The translations under genes were made by a program, and so were the position numbers. The notes below the pieces were generated by a model that had not been told where the DNA came from, made no database searches, and saw only the letters and a program-made list of their open reading frames with translations. 64,000 nt of DNA from Vulcanimicrobiota bacterium (lineage in GTDB: Bacteria > Vulcanimicrobiota > Vulcanimicrobiia > Vulcanimicrobiales > Vulcanimicrobiaceae). This document shows, piece by piece, positions 30,547-42,195 of this stretch; the first letter of the stretch is position 1; each line of letters opens with the position of its first letter. The stretch spans positions 96,001 through 160,000 of the forward strand of contig CAWHWQ010000001.1 of the NCBI GenBank assembly GCA_963833095.1, written 5' to 3'.

Positions 30547-31432
30547 ATGCCCGATCTCTTGCTCGCCGCGTCGGCCCCCGAGGCCGGCATCGCTTTCGTC
30601 GCCGCCGTAACGACGGAGTTCGTCCGGGAAATCCGCAGCGCCACGATCTTTGGCCGACGGCGACCGCTGCGAACGGGCCGTCTGACGACGGGCGCGGTGC
30701 TGTTCGGCGCAGAGCTTAAGGGCCGCGAGCGCATTTCGCTGCAGATCGCGGCGACGGCCCGATCGGCTCGATCACCGCCGACGCTTGGCTGCTGGACGCC
30801 GGGCGCCATCGGCGCGCGCGGCTACGCGCGCAATCCGCAGGCCGATCTTCCGGTCGATGCGCGCGGGAAAGTTCGACGTCGCCGGCGCGGTGGGCGCCGG
30901 CTCGCTGCAGGTAACGAAATCCTACGAAGTCGGCCAGCCGTACGTCGGCATCACGGCGCTGCAGTCCGGCGAAATCGCCGAAGACCTGGCGGCGTATCTG
31001 TGCCAGTCGGAACAGATTCCGAGCGTCGTCGCGCTCGGCGTGCTGGCGGGTCCGAACGGCGTGATCGCGCGCGGGCGGCGTGCTCGCGCAAGTGCTGCCG
31101 GGCGCGGACGAAGCGGCGATCGACGCGCTGGAAGAGAACGTGCGCTCGCGATGCCGTCGGTCACTTCGCTCGTCTCCGGCGGCGCGGACGCGCAGGCGCT
31201 GCTGCAGGCGCTCGCGGGCAATCTGGAACTGCGCGCGCAGCGCACGCGGCGATGCCTTCGCGTGCTCTCTGCACGCGCGAGAAGGTCGAAACGGCGCTGC
31301 TCGGGACTGGGCGGTGACGAACTGCGCAGCATGGCCGCCGAGCGCGAAACCGAAGCGACGTGCGAATTCTGCAAGAAGCGCTACGTCTTTACATCCGACG
31401 AGCTCCGCGACCTCGCCGCGCGTTCCGCGTAG
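30547..31432 (+). CDS. hslO: Hsp33 redox chaperone (frameshifted)
   Basis: SGEIAEDLAAY..QSEQIPS, C-terminal CEFC. Confidence 0.88.
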
Positions 31433-31441
31433 CCGAACCGT

Positions 31442-31669
31442 CTAGAGCGTCGGTTCGAACAGAGTGCACGAGATCCTAGTGGCATGCGATACGGTTCGAT
31501 GCGCTGCTGGTAAGGCTTCGCGAATCGACACGCCGTCGTTGAAGTACCACCAGCCGCACTCGCAGCGGATCGGGCGCTCGCCGGCCTGCGGATACGGGTA
31601 TTCGCGTTTGCAGCGCTTGCAGACAACTTCGCCTTCGATCGGCGTTCCCGTGTACGTATCGCTGTCTGC

Positions 31670-31672
<3 letters not shown>
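31442..31672 (-). CDS. Small Cys-rich (zinc-ribbon-like) protein
   Basis: CKRC...CECGWW; starts at the tyrS 3' end; C-terminus uncertain. Confidence 0.5.
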
Positions 31673-32883
<1,211 letters not shown>

Positions 32884-32887
<4 letters not shown>

Positions 32888-35228
32888 CCGAGTTCGAACA
32901 TCGTCACGCCGCCGGAGCCCTCGTCCTCGCTGCCATAGCGCAAGCTCTTCACCGACGGATGCGTACGAAGATACTCCTGCAGACCGCGTCCAAGCATGCC
33001 GGTGCCTTTGCCGTGGATCAGACGTAGCGTCGAGTTGCCGGCAAGCGCGGCTTCATCGATCCACCGCTCGACCAGCGGCTCTGCTTCGAGAACCGCTTGC
33101 CGCGAACGTCGAGTTCGGCTGGTCGAACGCGCCGCCGCATCGAGCCTCGCACGCGCTCCACTCGAGCGCGTTTCGTCCTTGCTCGCGCCGCCCGCGCGCT
33201 TCTCCACATCGCTGCGCTGGACGACGGTTTTCATCGGCCCGATCGCGATCAGGACGGTCTCGCCGTAATCTTCGACCACGCTGCCCTCGGTGTGGAGCGA
33301 ACGAATGCGCACGCGATCGTTTGGGTTGAGCGGGGCGCGCTCGGCCGGCGCGTGCGGCGCTTCGACGGCTCCTAGTTCCCGGCGCAATCGTCGGCGCTCT
33401 TGCCGAGTAGCGCTGCGTGCGAAGCGGTAACCCGCGGACGATTGGCCTGCGCGGCTGCCGCGCGCCGCTGCAATTCGGCCATGAACTCACGTAAGCTCTG
33501 CTGCATACGCTCTTCTGCGCGATCGGCAAAGGCCCGCCGCTCGACTTTCGAACGTTGTGCGCTCGTGCTCGAGGGTACCGCGCTCCCGTTCAGCGGCGAG
33601 GCGTTGGGCCCGCAGCCCGTCGCGCTCGCTTTGCAATTCGGCTGCGCGCAAGGAAAGTTCGGCCAAACGCCGACTCGTAGTCACGTTCTCTCGAGTCGAG
33701 CAGCGCTTGCGCGCGCTCAACCACGCTCTCGGTGATCCCAAGCGCTCGCGCGAGCGGAAATGCGAGCGATTGTCCGGGCGCACCGACATCCAACATGAAA
33801 CGTTGGAGCAAAGGTGTACGGATCGAAGCGCACGCTCGCGTTGGCGACGCCCGTCCTGCCGCTCGCAAAAAGCTTGAGTTCGGTCGCGTGCGTGGTCACG
33901 ACACCGGAGGCGCCGCACATCGAGCAGCCGTTCGAGCATCGCAACCGCGAGCGCAGCACCCGCGCCCGGCTCGGTGCCGCCGCCGATCTCATCAACGAGC
34001 ACGAGCGTACGGTCGTCCGCCACATCGAGCATCTCGCGCATGCGGGCCAAGTGCGCGGAGAACGTCGATGCATTGAGCGCGATCGATTGCTCGTCGCCGA
34101 TATCTGCGATGACGCTGCGTAAAATGGCCAATCCGCGTACCGACCGAGGCGGGCACCTGCATCCCGCAGTACGTCATCGCGACGAAAAGCCCGACCATCT
34201 TCAGCGCGACCGTTTTTCCGCCCATGTTCGGTCCGCTGATCACCAGCAGTCCGCGTGCCCCGATCGAGCGGGATCGACTGCGGTATTGCGCGATCGCTCA
34301 AGCAGCGGATGCCGTCCGGCTTCGACGTGCACGACGGCGTCGTCGACAAGTTCGGGCTCGATCGCGTCCATCGCGCGCGCGACGTTGGCTTTGGCGACGA
34401 GCAGATCGATCTGAGCGAGCATCTCGATATTGCGCTCGATCGCGTCGGCTGCGCTGCCGACGCCGCGCGAAAGCTCTTCGAGCACGCGCTGCACCTCACG
34501 CTCCTCTTCTAGTCGCGAGCGTGCGCACGCGGTTATTGTCGTCGAGCGCGGCGAGCGGCTCAATGAAGAGCGTCTGGCCTGAGCCGCTGGTATCGTGCAC
34601 GATACCGGGGAATTCGCCCGAAAACTCGGCTTTAATTGGTACGACGAAACGGCCCTCCCGAATCGTGACGACGTTATCCTGAATCGCGCGAGCATAACGG
34701 TCCGAGCGCAAGATCGCGCCGACACGGTCGCGCGCGTCGTTTTGCGCCTGCGCCAAACTGCGCCGAATCCGCCCGAGCGCCGGCGACGCTCGGTCGAGCA
34801 CCGCGCCACGCTCGTCGATGGCATCGGTGAGCGTACGCTGCAGATCGCGCAAATTGCTATAGGGCGCCGTAATTGCCGCGAGCGCCTCGTGCTTGACCTC
34901 GCGCAGCGCGTTGAACGCCGCTGCCGCAGCCGAGATCGCGTCGCCGACAGCTCGCAAGTCCGACGGCGCAAGCGTACGCCCAAGCACCGCCGCTTGGGTT
35001 AGCGTCTGCGGTGTCGATTGCCGGCAACACGTGCAGATCGCTGCCCGCGACGAGATTGCGAATGAGCGACGTCCGCCCTTGTTCGAGGCGCACCAGCGCG
35101 AAGTCGACCGCGGGTTCCAGCAGCGCAGCGCGCGCTTTCCCACGCTGCGTGCGCGTAGCCGCCACGACCCGCTCGCGAACGGTCGCAAAGTCGAGCGCTT
35201 CCAGCGTGCGCTCGTCCGCCAGACTCAT
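32884..35228 (-). CDS. mutS2: MutS2 with Smr domain (frameshifted)
   Basis: [35 protein letters not shown]. Confidence 0.92.
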
Positions 35229-36686
35229 TGCTCCAGCTTCTGCTTCATCAGGTTGTTGACGAGTTGCTGGATCGGCTTTACCGGCGCTAGCTTTCATCAC
35301 CTGTCCGACAAGAAATCCCATCACGTTGGTCTTGCCCGCTCGATAATCGTTCACGCTTTTCTCGTTCGCCGCGAGGACCTGGTCGACGAACTTTTCGATC
35401 GGCCGCCGGATCGCTGGTCTGCGCGAGGCCTTCGCGTTGCACGATTGCCTTGGGCGAACCCTCGCCGCTCCACATCCGCGTCACCAGGTCTTTGGCAATC
35501 TTGGAGTTGATCGTCTTGCCTTCGACCAGCGCAATCAGCTCGGCGAGATGCCCTGGAGTCACCTCCGATTCGTACACCGGTTTGCCGGTCTCGTTGGCCA
35601 ATCGCGAGAGATCGCCGAGAACGAAATTCGTCGCTTGTTTGGGACTCTCGCTGGCCTCGACTACGGAATCGAAAAATGTCGCGAGCGCGCGCATTGTCGA
35701 CCAGCTGCGTCGCCTGCTTAGCGTCGAGTCCGAGTTTGCCCGTGTAGCGCTCGAAGCGATGGACCGGCAATTCCGGCAGTTGCTCGCGCAACCGTTCGAC
35801 CGTGCCGCGCGCAATCTCCAGCGGCACCAAATCGGGATCGGGAAAGTACCGGTAGTCGTGCGCTTCTTCCTTGCTGCGCATCGGCACAGTGATGCCGCGC
35901 AGTTCATCCCAACCACGCGTTTCTTGGATAATGCGCTCGCCCTTTTCGAGCAAATCGATCTGGCGCTCGATCTCAGTCTCGATGGCGCGATGCACCGACC
36001 GGAACGAGTTCATATTCTTGATCTCAGTCTTGGTGCCGAGCTTCTCAGAGCCAACCGGACGCACCGAGACGTTGGCATCGCAGCGCAGCGAGCCTTCTTC
36101 CATCTTTACGTCGCTTACGCCGAGTTGCTGCAGCGTGCGCCGCAACGCCTCGAGATATCCGACTGCCTCATCCGCGCTGTGCAGCTCCGGTTCGGACACG
36201 CATTCCATCAGCGGCACGCCGGCGCGATTGAAGTCGACCAGTGAATAGGTGCTTCCCGCGATGCGGCCGTCGTCCGAACCCGCGTGCGTCGACTTACCCG
36301 TATCTTCTTCTAAGTGAATGCGCGTGAGGCGGCATTCCTTCACCGTGCCGTCCTCGAGCCAATAGCGCACCACGCCGCCTTGCGTGAGCGGCATGTCGTA
36401 CTGCGAGATCTGGTAGTCCTTAGGCATGTCGGGATAGAAATAATTCTTTCGGTCGAACTTCGAAAACGCCGGAATCTCCGCTCCGAACGCGAGGCCCGCA
36501 ACGAATCATATGCTCGATCGCGGCTTTATTTACGACCGGAAGCGAGCCGGGCAACGCGAGGCACACCGGACACACTTTGGTATTCGGTTCGCCACCGAAC
36601 TCGTTTGCGCAGCCGCAGAACATTTTGGATTTGGTCCTCAGCTCGACATGGCATTCAATGCCAATCACTGCCTCGTACTTAGACAT
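35225..36686 (-). CDS. gatB: Asp/Glu-tRNA amidotransferase subunit B (frameshifted)
   Basis: [45 protein letters not shown]. Confidence 0.95.
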
Positions 36687-36803
36687 GGCCAGCAACGGTC
36701 TCGATGGAGCGGGCGACGCGGTAACGTCGATTAGGCGCGCCCTGGGGGAATAAAACGCTTGCCGCAATCGCGCGCGCGCCATGGTTTGGGGTCCCCACGA
36801 CGT

Positions 36804-36840
36804 GGGGGGCGCGGAGCCTAGGGCGGAGCGCCTTTTAAAC
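36804..36840. repeat. Short dispersed repeat in gatA-gatB spacer
   Basis: GGCGCGGAGCCTAGGGCGGAGCGCCTTTTAAAC resembles reverse complement of 46282-46315. Confidence 0.5.
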
Positions 36841-36850
36841 AAGATGCTCA

Positions 36851-38351
36851 TCAGCCGACCACCTCAGTTAAAGTGGGTTTGTATTTACGCGCATGCTGAG
36901 TCTTTTGTTCGTAGGCGTGGGCGGCTGCCAAAAGCGGCCGCTCAGCGAAAAGCGGCGCGCAGAGCTGCAGACCCATCGGCATGGGGCGATCCCCACCGGG
37001 CGGCGTCACCCAGCCGCACGGGACCGAGAGCGCCGGCAATCCAGCAAGCGACATCGGAATCGTATAGTAGTCCATCAAGTACATGCTGTAGGGATCGCTC
37101 TTGGCATTGAATTGGAAGGCCGGTGAGCTTGCGGCCGGGCAGGCGATCAGATCGCATGACTTCGCAAACGCGCGTTCGAAAATCGTTGCGCGATGAGCGT
37201 GCGCGCCTTCTGCGCGCGCACGTAGTAGGCGTCGTAGTAGCCGCTCGAGAGCGCGTACGTTCCGATCAGGATGCGCCGCTTGACTTCCGGGCCGAAGCCC
37301 GCCGCGCGCGTGCGCTCGTACATCTCGCTGCACGTCGGCGCCGTCGACGCGCAAGCCGTAGCGTACGCCGTCGAAGCGCGCGAGGTTCGACGAGCACTCG
37401 GCCGGCGCGATGAGGTAATAGGTCGCAAGGCCGTAGTCGGCGGTCGGCAGCTCGACCTCGACCGAGTTCGGCGCCGAGCGCTTGCGAGGTCGCGATACGC
37501 CTGCGCATAGACGGCGTCGATCTCCGGGCCGAGCGCGCCGGTCGCGAACTCGCTTGACGATCCCGACCCGCACGCCGCGAGATCGGCGCGCAGATGCGTC
37601 GGCCGTCGTCTCGAACGGCCGGTCGATCGAGGTCGAATCCATCGGATCGTAGCCGCCCATCGCGTCGTACGCCAGCGCCGCATCTTCGACGGTGCGCGCA
37701 AACGGGCCGATCTGATCGAGGCTCGAGGCAAACGCGATCAATCCGTAGCGCGAGACGCGGCCGTAGGTCGGCTTGAAGCCGACGAGGTTGCAAAACGCCG
37801 CCGGTTCGCGAATCGAACCGCCGGTATCGCTGCCGATCCCGATCGTCGCTTCGTACGCCGCGACCGCCGCCGCGGAACCGCCGCTCGAACCGCCGGGCAC
37901 GCGCGAGAGGTCGTAGGGATTGCGCGTGACGCCGAGCGCCGAATTTTCGCACGAACTGCCCATGGCAAACTCGTCCATGTTCGTTTTGCCGATCGGCATG
38001 CAGCCGGCGTCGAGCAAGCGCGCAACGGCCGTCGCGGTGTACGGCGCGACCCAATGCTCGAGAATTTTACTCGCCGCACGTGGTGCGCGTGCCGGTCAGG
38101 CACATGTTGTCTTTGACGGCAAGCGGAACGCCGGCTAGCGGCAAATGCTCGCCCGCCGCAATGCGCGCGTCGACGTTCGCGGCCTGCGCGCGCGCCAGCT
38201 CGTGCAGTACGGTCAGATAGGAGCCGATCTGCGAGTCGACAGCGTCGACGTGCGCGAGCGTGGCATCGGCGACCTCGCGCGCGGAAAGGCTACGCGCATT
38301 GACGTCGCGCGCGATCTGCGCGGCGCTTTGTTCGATCAGAGGATTGGACAC
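36851..38351 (-). CDS. gatA: Amidotransferase subunit A (frameshifted)
   Basis: [35 protein letters not shown]. Confidence 0.95.
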
Positions 38352-38362
38352 GGGTGTTCCTT

Positions 38363-38654
38363 TTATTCGGCGATGATCCGCGGAACGCGGAAGAATCCGC
38401 CCTGCTCGCTGCGGCGCTTGGGCCAGCACGACCTCGCGGTCGAGGCACGGCGACCAACGGTCATCGCGCTCGACGTTGCGCGACTCAACGACCTGCGCGG
38501 TGGCCGCAACGGCTGAGACGTCGAGTTTCGCGAGCGCGTCGACGTGTTCGAGCAGGTCGCCGAGTTGCGCGCCGAAGCGCTCGACCTCGTCGTCGGTCAG
38601 CGCTAATCGCGCGAGCTTGGCGACGTAGCGGACGTCAATTTTCTCGGATGACAA
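38363..38654 (-). CDS. gatC: Amidotransferase subunit C (frameshifted)
   Basis: VRYVAKLARL; position upstream of gatA. Confidence 0.88.
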
Positions 38655-40127
38655 AGTCGGGATACTCCGATTGGTTTTGGGCGAAGTCGTCTTGCGGCCA
38701 GTTCGGCGGCTCGACGTCCGCGAACGCCTTGGCCACAGCCGGTTCCTCGGCCTCGCGGTACAGCGTCACCAGGGTCTCGACGTGCCCCGTCTGCGGAAAC
38801 ATATCGAACGGTTGCACGATGCCGAGCCGGTATCCATTGGCGGCGAGGAACTTCAAATCCCGGGCCAGCGTCGCCGGATCGCACGAAAGATACCAGATAT
38901 ACGGGGCCTGTGCTGCGGCGATCGCCCCAAGCGTCACCTCGTCGCTGCCCTTGCGGGGTGGATCGAGGAAGACGATCTCGGCCTCGCGCAGCGCGGCGTG
39001 CGCCTCGGGCGTCTGCACGACGTCTTCGACGCGGCCGGAGCGAAAGCGCACGCAATTCTCGAGGCCGTTGAGCGCGGCATTTCCCTCGGCCTCGAGAACT
39101 GCTTGCGGGTTCTCTTCGATGCCGTAGACCTGACAGCCGTGCTTCGCAAAGAAAAGCGCGAAGGTTCCGGCGCCGCAGTAGAGATCGACGATGCGGCGCG
39201 GGTGTTCGAGTCCCGAGCGCATGAAATCGAAGATACGCCCGACGATCTCGACGTTGACTTGGAAAAACGAACCCGCCGAGACGCGGTAGCGCACGCCGTC
39301 GATCGTCTCTTCGATCTCGGAGCGCCCGACGAGCGTGCGGTGGCGACGTCCCATGATCGCATTCTCGCTGCCCAGTTCGAAGGAGTTGGTAAGCCCGACA
39401 GCTCCAGGGAAGACGCGCATCAGGGAATCGGCCGCGCGCGCCACTTCCGGAGCAAGCCTCGATGTCGTCATCGTTACCACCGATTCGCCGCTCGAGCGCG
39501 CGTTACGCGCGACGACGTGTCGTGTAACCTCGAGCGCTTCGTTGACCTCCGGCAGGGTCCGTGCCCGATTGAGGCGCGCGATCGTAGTCGCTCAACTGCG
39601 GCGTAACGATCGGGCATGAGTCGATCGGGACGACCTCGTGCGAGCGCTGCTTGTAAAAACCGATGGTCGGCGTTCCGCCGCGATGCTCGACGACCAGCGA
39701 CATCTTGTTGCGATAGGCGCGCGGATGGGTCATGCCCACCGCGTCGCGAACGCCGGCATCGTGAAAGCCACCGATGCGTTGAAGTGCGCTGCGGACGGTG
39801 TCGGTCTTCCAGGCTAATTGCGCCGGGTAACTCAGGTGCTGAAGCTGGCATCCGCCACAGGTGCCGAACACGCTGCAGAACGGCGTCGTGCGGTAGGGTG
39901 AAGGCACGAGAATCCGGACGAGCTGACCGATCGCGTACTTCGGTTTGACGGCGGTGATACGGACGCGCGCCCGCTCTTGCGGTAAAGGACCAAAGCAAAA
40001 GACCACGATCCCTGCCGGCCCGTCCGACCGCTTGACCGTTGGCCAATAGGTCAGTGAAAGCAAGCTCGTACTCCGCGCCGACCGTGACCGCCGGCGCGCC
40101 GCTACGCGCTGTTTCTCTGTTCGTCAA
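38635..40127 (-). CDS. rlmD: 23S rRNA m5U methyltransferase RlmD/TrmA family with TRAM domain (frameshifted)
   Basis: CGGCQLQH, FFQVN, DLYCGAG, DPPRKG, SCDPATLARD, DMFPQTGHVE. Confidence 0.88.
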
Positions 40128-40332
40128 GCGTCTTGAGCAAGTGGTTGGCCTCGTCGATGAGCTGCTGAATACGCTCGCTCGTGGGATCTGCCGGCCGCCG
40201 GCTCAAGAGCACGCGCGTCACCGTAAAGGCGAGCGCGGCGCCGAGGCCCGCGACCCCGATCCAGATCAACGTGCGCGTGAGGTTCTGCTGGCGGCGTTCT
40301 TCAGATCGATCGAAATCGGGTTGCTGGTCCAT
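40102..40332 (-). CDS. Small single-TM protein
   Basis: 76 aa, one TM followed by amphipathic helix. Confidence 0.6.
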   Translation of the reverse strand: MDQQPDFDRSEERRQQNLTRTLIWIGVAGLGAALAFTVTRVLLSRRPADPTSERIQQLIDEANHLLKTLDEQRNSA

Positions 40333-40442
40333 CGTAGCGGTATCGTTCGCCTCGCCAGGGGGGGCTCCCGCCCCCTCCTGCGGGGAAGTCGTTGCTCTCA
40401 GGAAGCATTACGTTTACGCTTGCTCTAATAAAGCCGGCGCCG

Positions 40443-41300
40443 ATGATCACCGAGACCGAAGACCAACAGCAACGCGACGATGACCGCACCACCTTGGTGT
40501 GGTCACTTCTCGTTTCCGGCTTTGCCAACCTGATGGTCTGGATCGTGCTGGGGTGGGCGATCATCGCGCACATTCGCACGCTTGCACCGGTGCAGGAACG
40601 TCCTGAGATCATTACCGTCACCACGCAAATGATGCACGCGCCGATGGTTGCCTCATCGTCGCAGCACCTCGCGGCGCGCAGCCATCCGATCCCTCGATCG
40701 CAGCAAGAGCCGCAGCACCAAGCGCAACCGGAACCCAATCACAAATCGGTGGCGATGAATTTGGCCGCGACCCCGAAGCCGCAGGAGCGGCCGACCGAGC
40801 TTGCGCGCACCACGCCCAATGGAACGCCGGTTCCGCACAGCGCGCCCAAGCGAACTGAGGCGCTTGCCGAAGTGCTCGCGCAACAGCAGGCCGCGTTCGC
40901 GAAAGAAGCCGACGCGCTCAATGCCAAGAACGGGCCGATCTCGGTTGCGACCATCGATCCGAATCAACGCGAATCCGCGAGCAAGTCGTATCGCATGAAC
41001 CTCTCCGGCAACACGGAGATCCAAGGCCAGGGCTTCGGTTTCTTAGACCCGTTGGAGCGTTGGATCAGCAACGGCCTGCACTGCTATAAGGGGCGATATC
41101 ACTGGCTCTATCCGACCGGCGCCACCGAAGTAGCGAACATTCCGTGGCCCTTCTGCTATCCGCCGGGCGCCGACCCGATCGCGCGCGGTTTGCGCCAATT
41201 TCCGTTCCCGCTGCCCTTAGCCGGATATCGTCTGCCGGCGGGAACGTTCCTCGACCCAATCGAGAAGGACGTCTATGAGTCGTGGCTCGCGCATCAATGA
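40443..41300 (+). CDS. Membrane-anchored Pro/Gln-rich protein, paralog 1
   Basis: TM, P/Q linker, C-terminal IPWPFC...PLP.AGYRLP domain shared with next gene. Confidence 0.8.
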   Translation: MITETEDQQQRDDDRTTLVWSLLVSGFANLMVWIVLGWAIIAHIRTLAPVQERPEIITVTTQMMHAPMVASSSQHLAARSHPIPRSQQEPQHQAQPEPNHKSVAMNLAATPKPQERPTELARTTPNGTPVPHSAPKRTEALAEVLAQQQAAFAKEADALNAKNGPISVATIDPNQRESASKSYRMNLSGNTEIQGQGFGFLDPLERWISNGLHCYKGRYHWLYPTGATEVANIPWPFCYPPGADPIARGLRQFPFPLPLAGYRLPAGTFLDPIEKDVYESWLAHQ

Positions 41301-41336
41301 AGGAGCGGAAGTAGCGGAAGTAGCGACCGGCAACCC

Positions 41337-42191
41337 ATGATAACCGAACGAGACGATCAGCAAGAACACGACGATGACCGCGCCACTTTGGTGTGGTCGC
41401 TTCTCGTTTCCGGCTTCGCCAACCTGATGCTGTGGATACTTCTCGCGTGGGTGATCGCGTTTCGCACTCACGAGTTGGTCCTGGTGCAGAAGCAGCCGGC
41501 CGAAGTGTTCACCGTGACGTCGTCATCTTTGAATATCGCCAAGCGTACGCAGCCGATCCCGGCGCAACCGAATCAACAGGCCGTCCCGCAGCCCCGGCAA
41601 CAACGGGAGCCGCAGCACCAGCCCAAGCCGAAGCACGCGCCGCAACAAGCTACGCCAAAGCCGCGAGCGCAACCGACTGAGCTCGCGCACGTCACGCCGA
41701 ACGGAACGCCGCAGCCGCGGAGCGCACCGAAGAAGCAGGCGCAAGGAACGCTCGCCGAGCAGCTGGCGCAGCAAGAGGTAGCGTTCCAGCACGAAGCCCA
41801 GCAGATTAACGCGCAACATTCGGTGATCTCGATCGCGACGGTCGAACCGAACCACACGCCCTCAGCGCAAGAGCCCTTTCAAATGGATATCTCGGGGCTG
41901 CCGGGCGAACCGCAGCGTGGGGAAGGAATCATTTTCCCAAATCCGATGGCAAGAGTGCATGGCTACGACTGCTACAACGGCGGCAGATATACGCTTCGGT
42001 ACAATAATGGACAACTCGAACGGGGCGATATTCCGTGGCCGTTCTGCTTCGCGCCCAGGCAGGATCCGTTTTTGCAAAGGTACCGTTCGTTCGATATGCC
42101 ATTGCCGGTGGCGGGCTATCGTTTGCCGCCCGGAGTTGAGCTCCAGCCGGCAGCAAAGGACGTCTACAGTGCATGGCTTTCGCAACAGTAA
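41337..42191 (+). CDS. Membrane-anchored Pro/Gln-rich protein, paralog 2
   Basis: Near-identical N-terminus to 40443 gene, same C-terminal motifs. Confidence 0.8.
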   Translation: MITERDDQQEHDDDRATLVWSLLVSGFANLMLWILLAWVIAFRTHELVLVQKQPAEVFTVTSSSLNIAKRTQPIPAQPNQQAVPQPRQQREPQHQPKPKHAPQQATPKPRAQPTELAHVTPNGTPQPRSAPKKQAQGTLAEQLAQQEVAFQHEAQQINAQHSVISIATVEPNHTPSAQEPFQMDISGLPGEPQRGEGIIFPNPMARVHGYDCYNGGRYTLRYNNGQLERGDIPWPFCFAPRQDPFLQRYRSFDMPLPVAGYRLPPGVELQPAAKDVYSAWLSQQ

Positions 42192-42195
42192 GACA

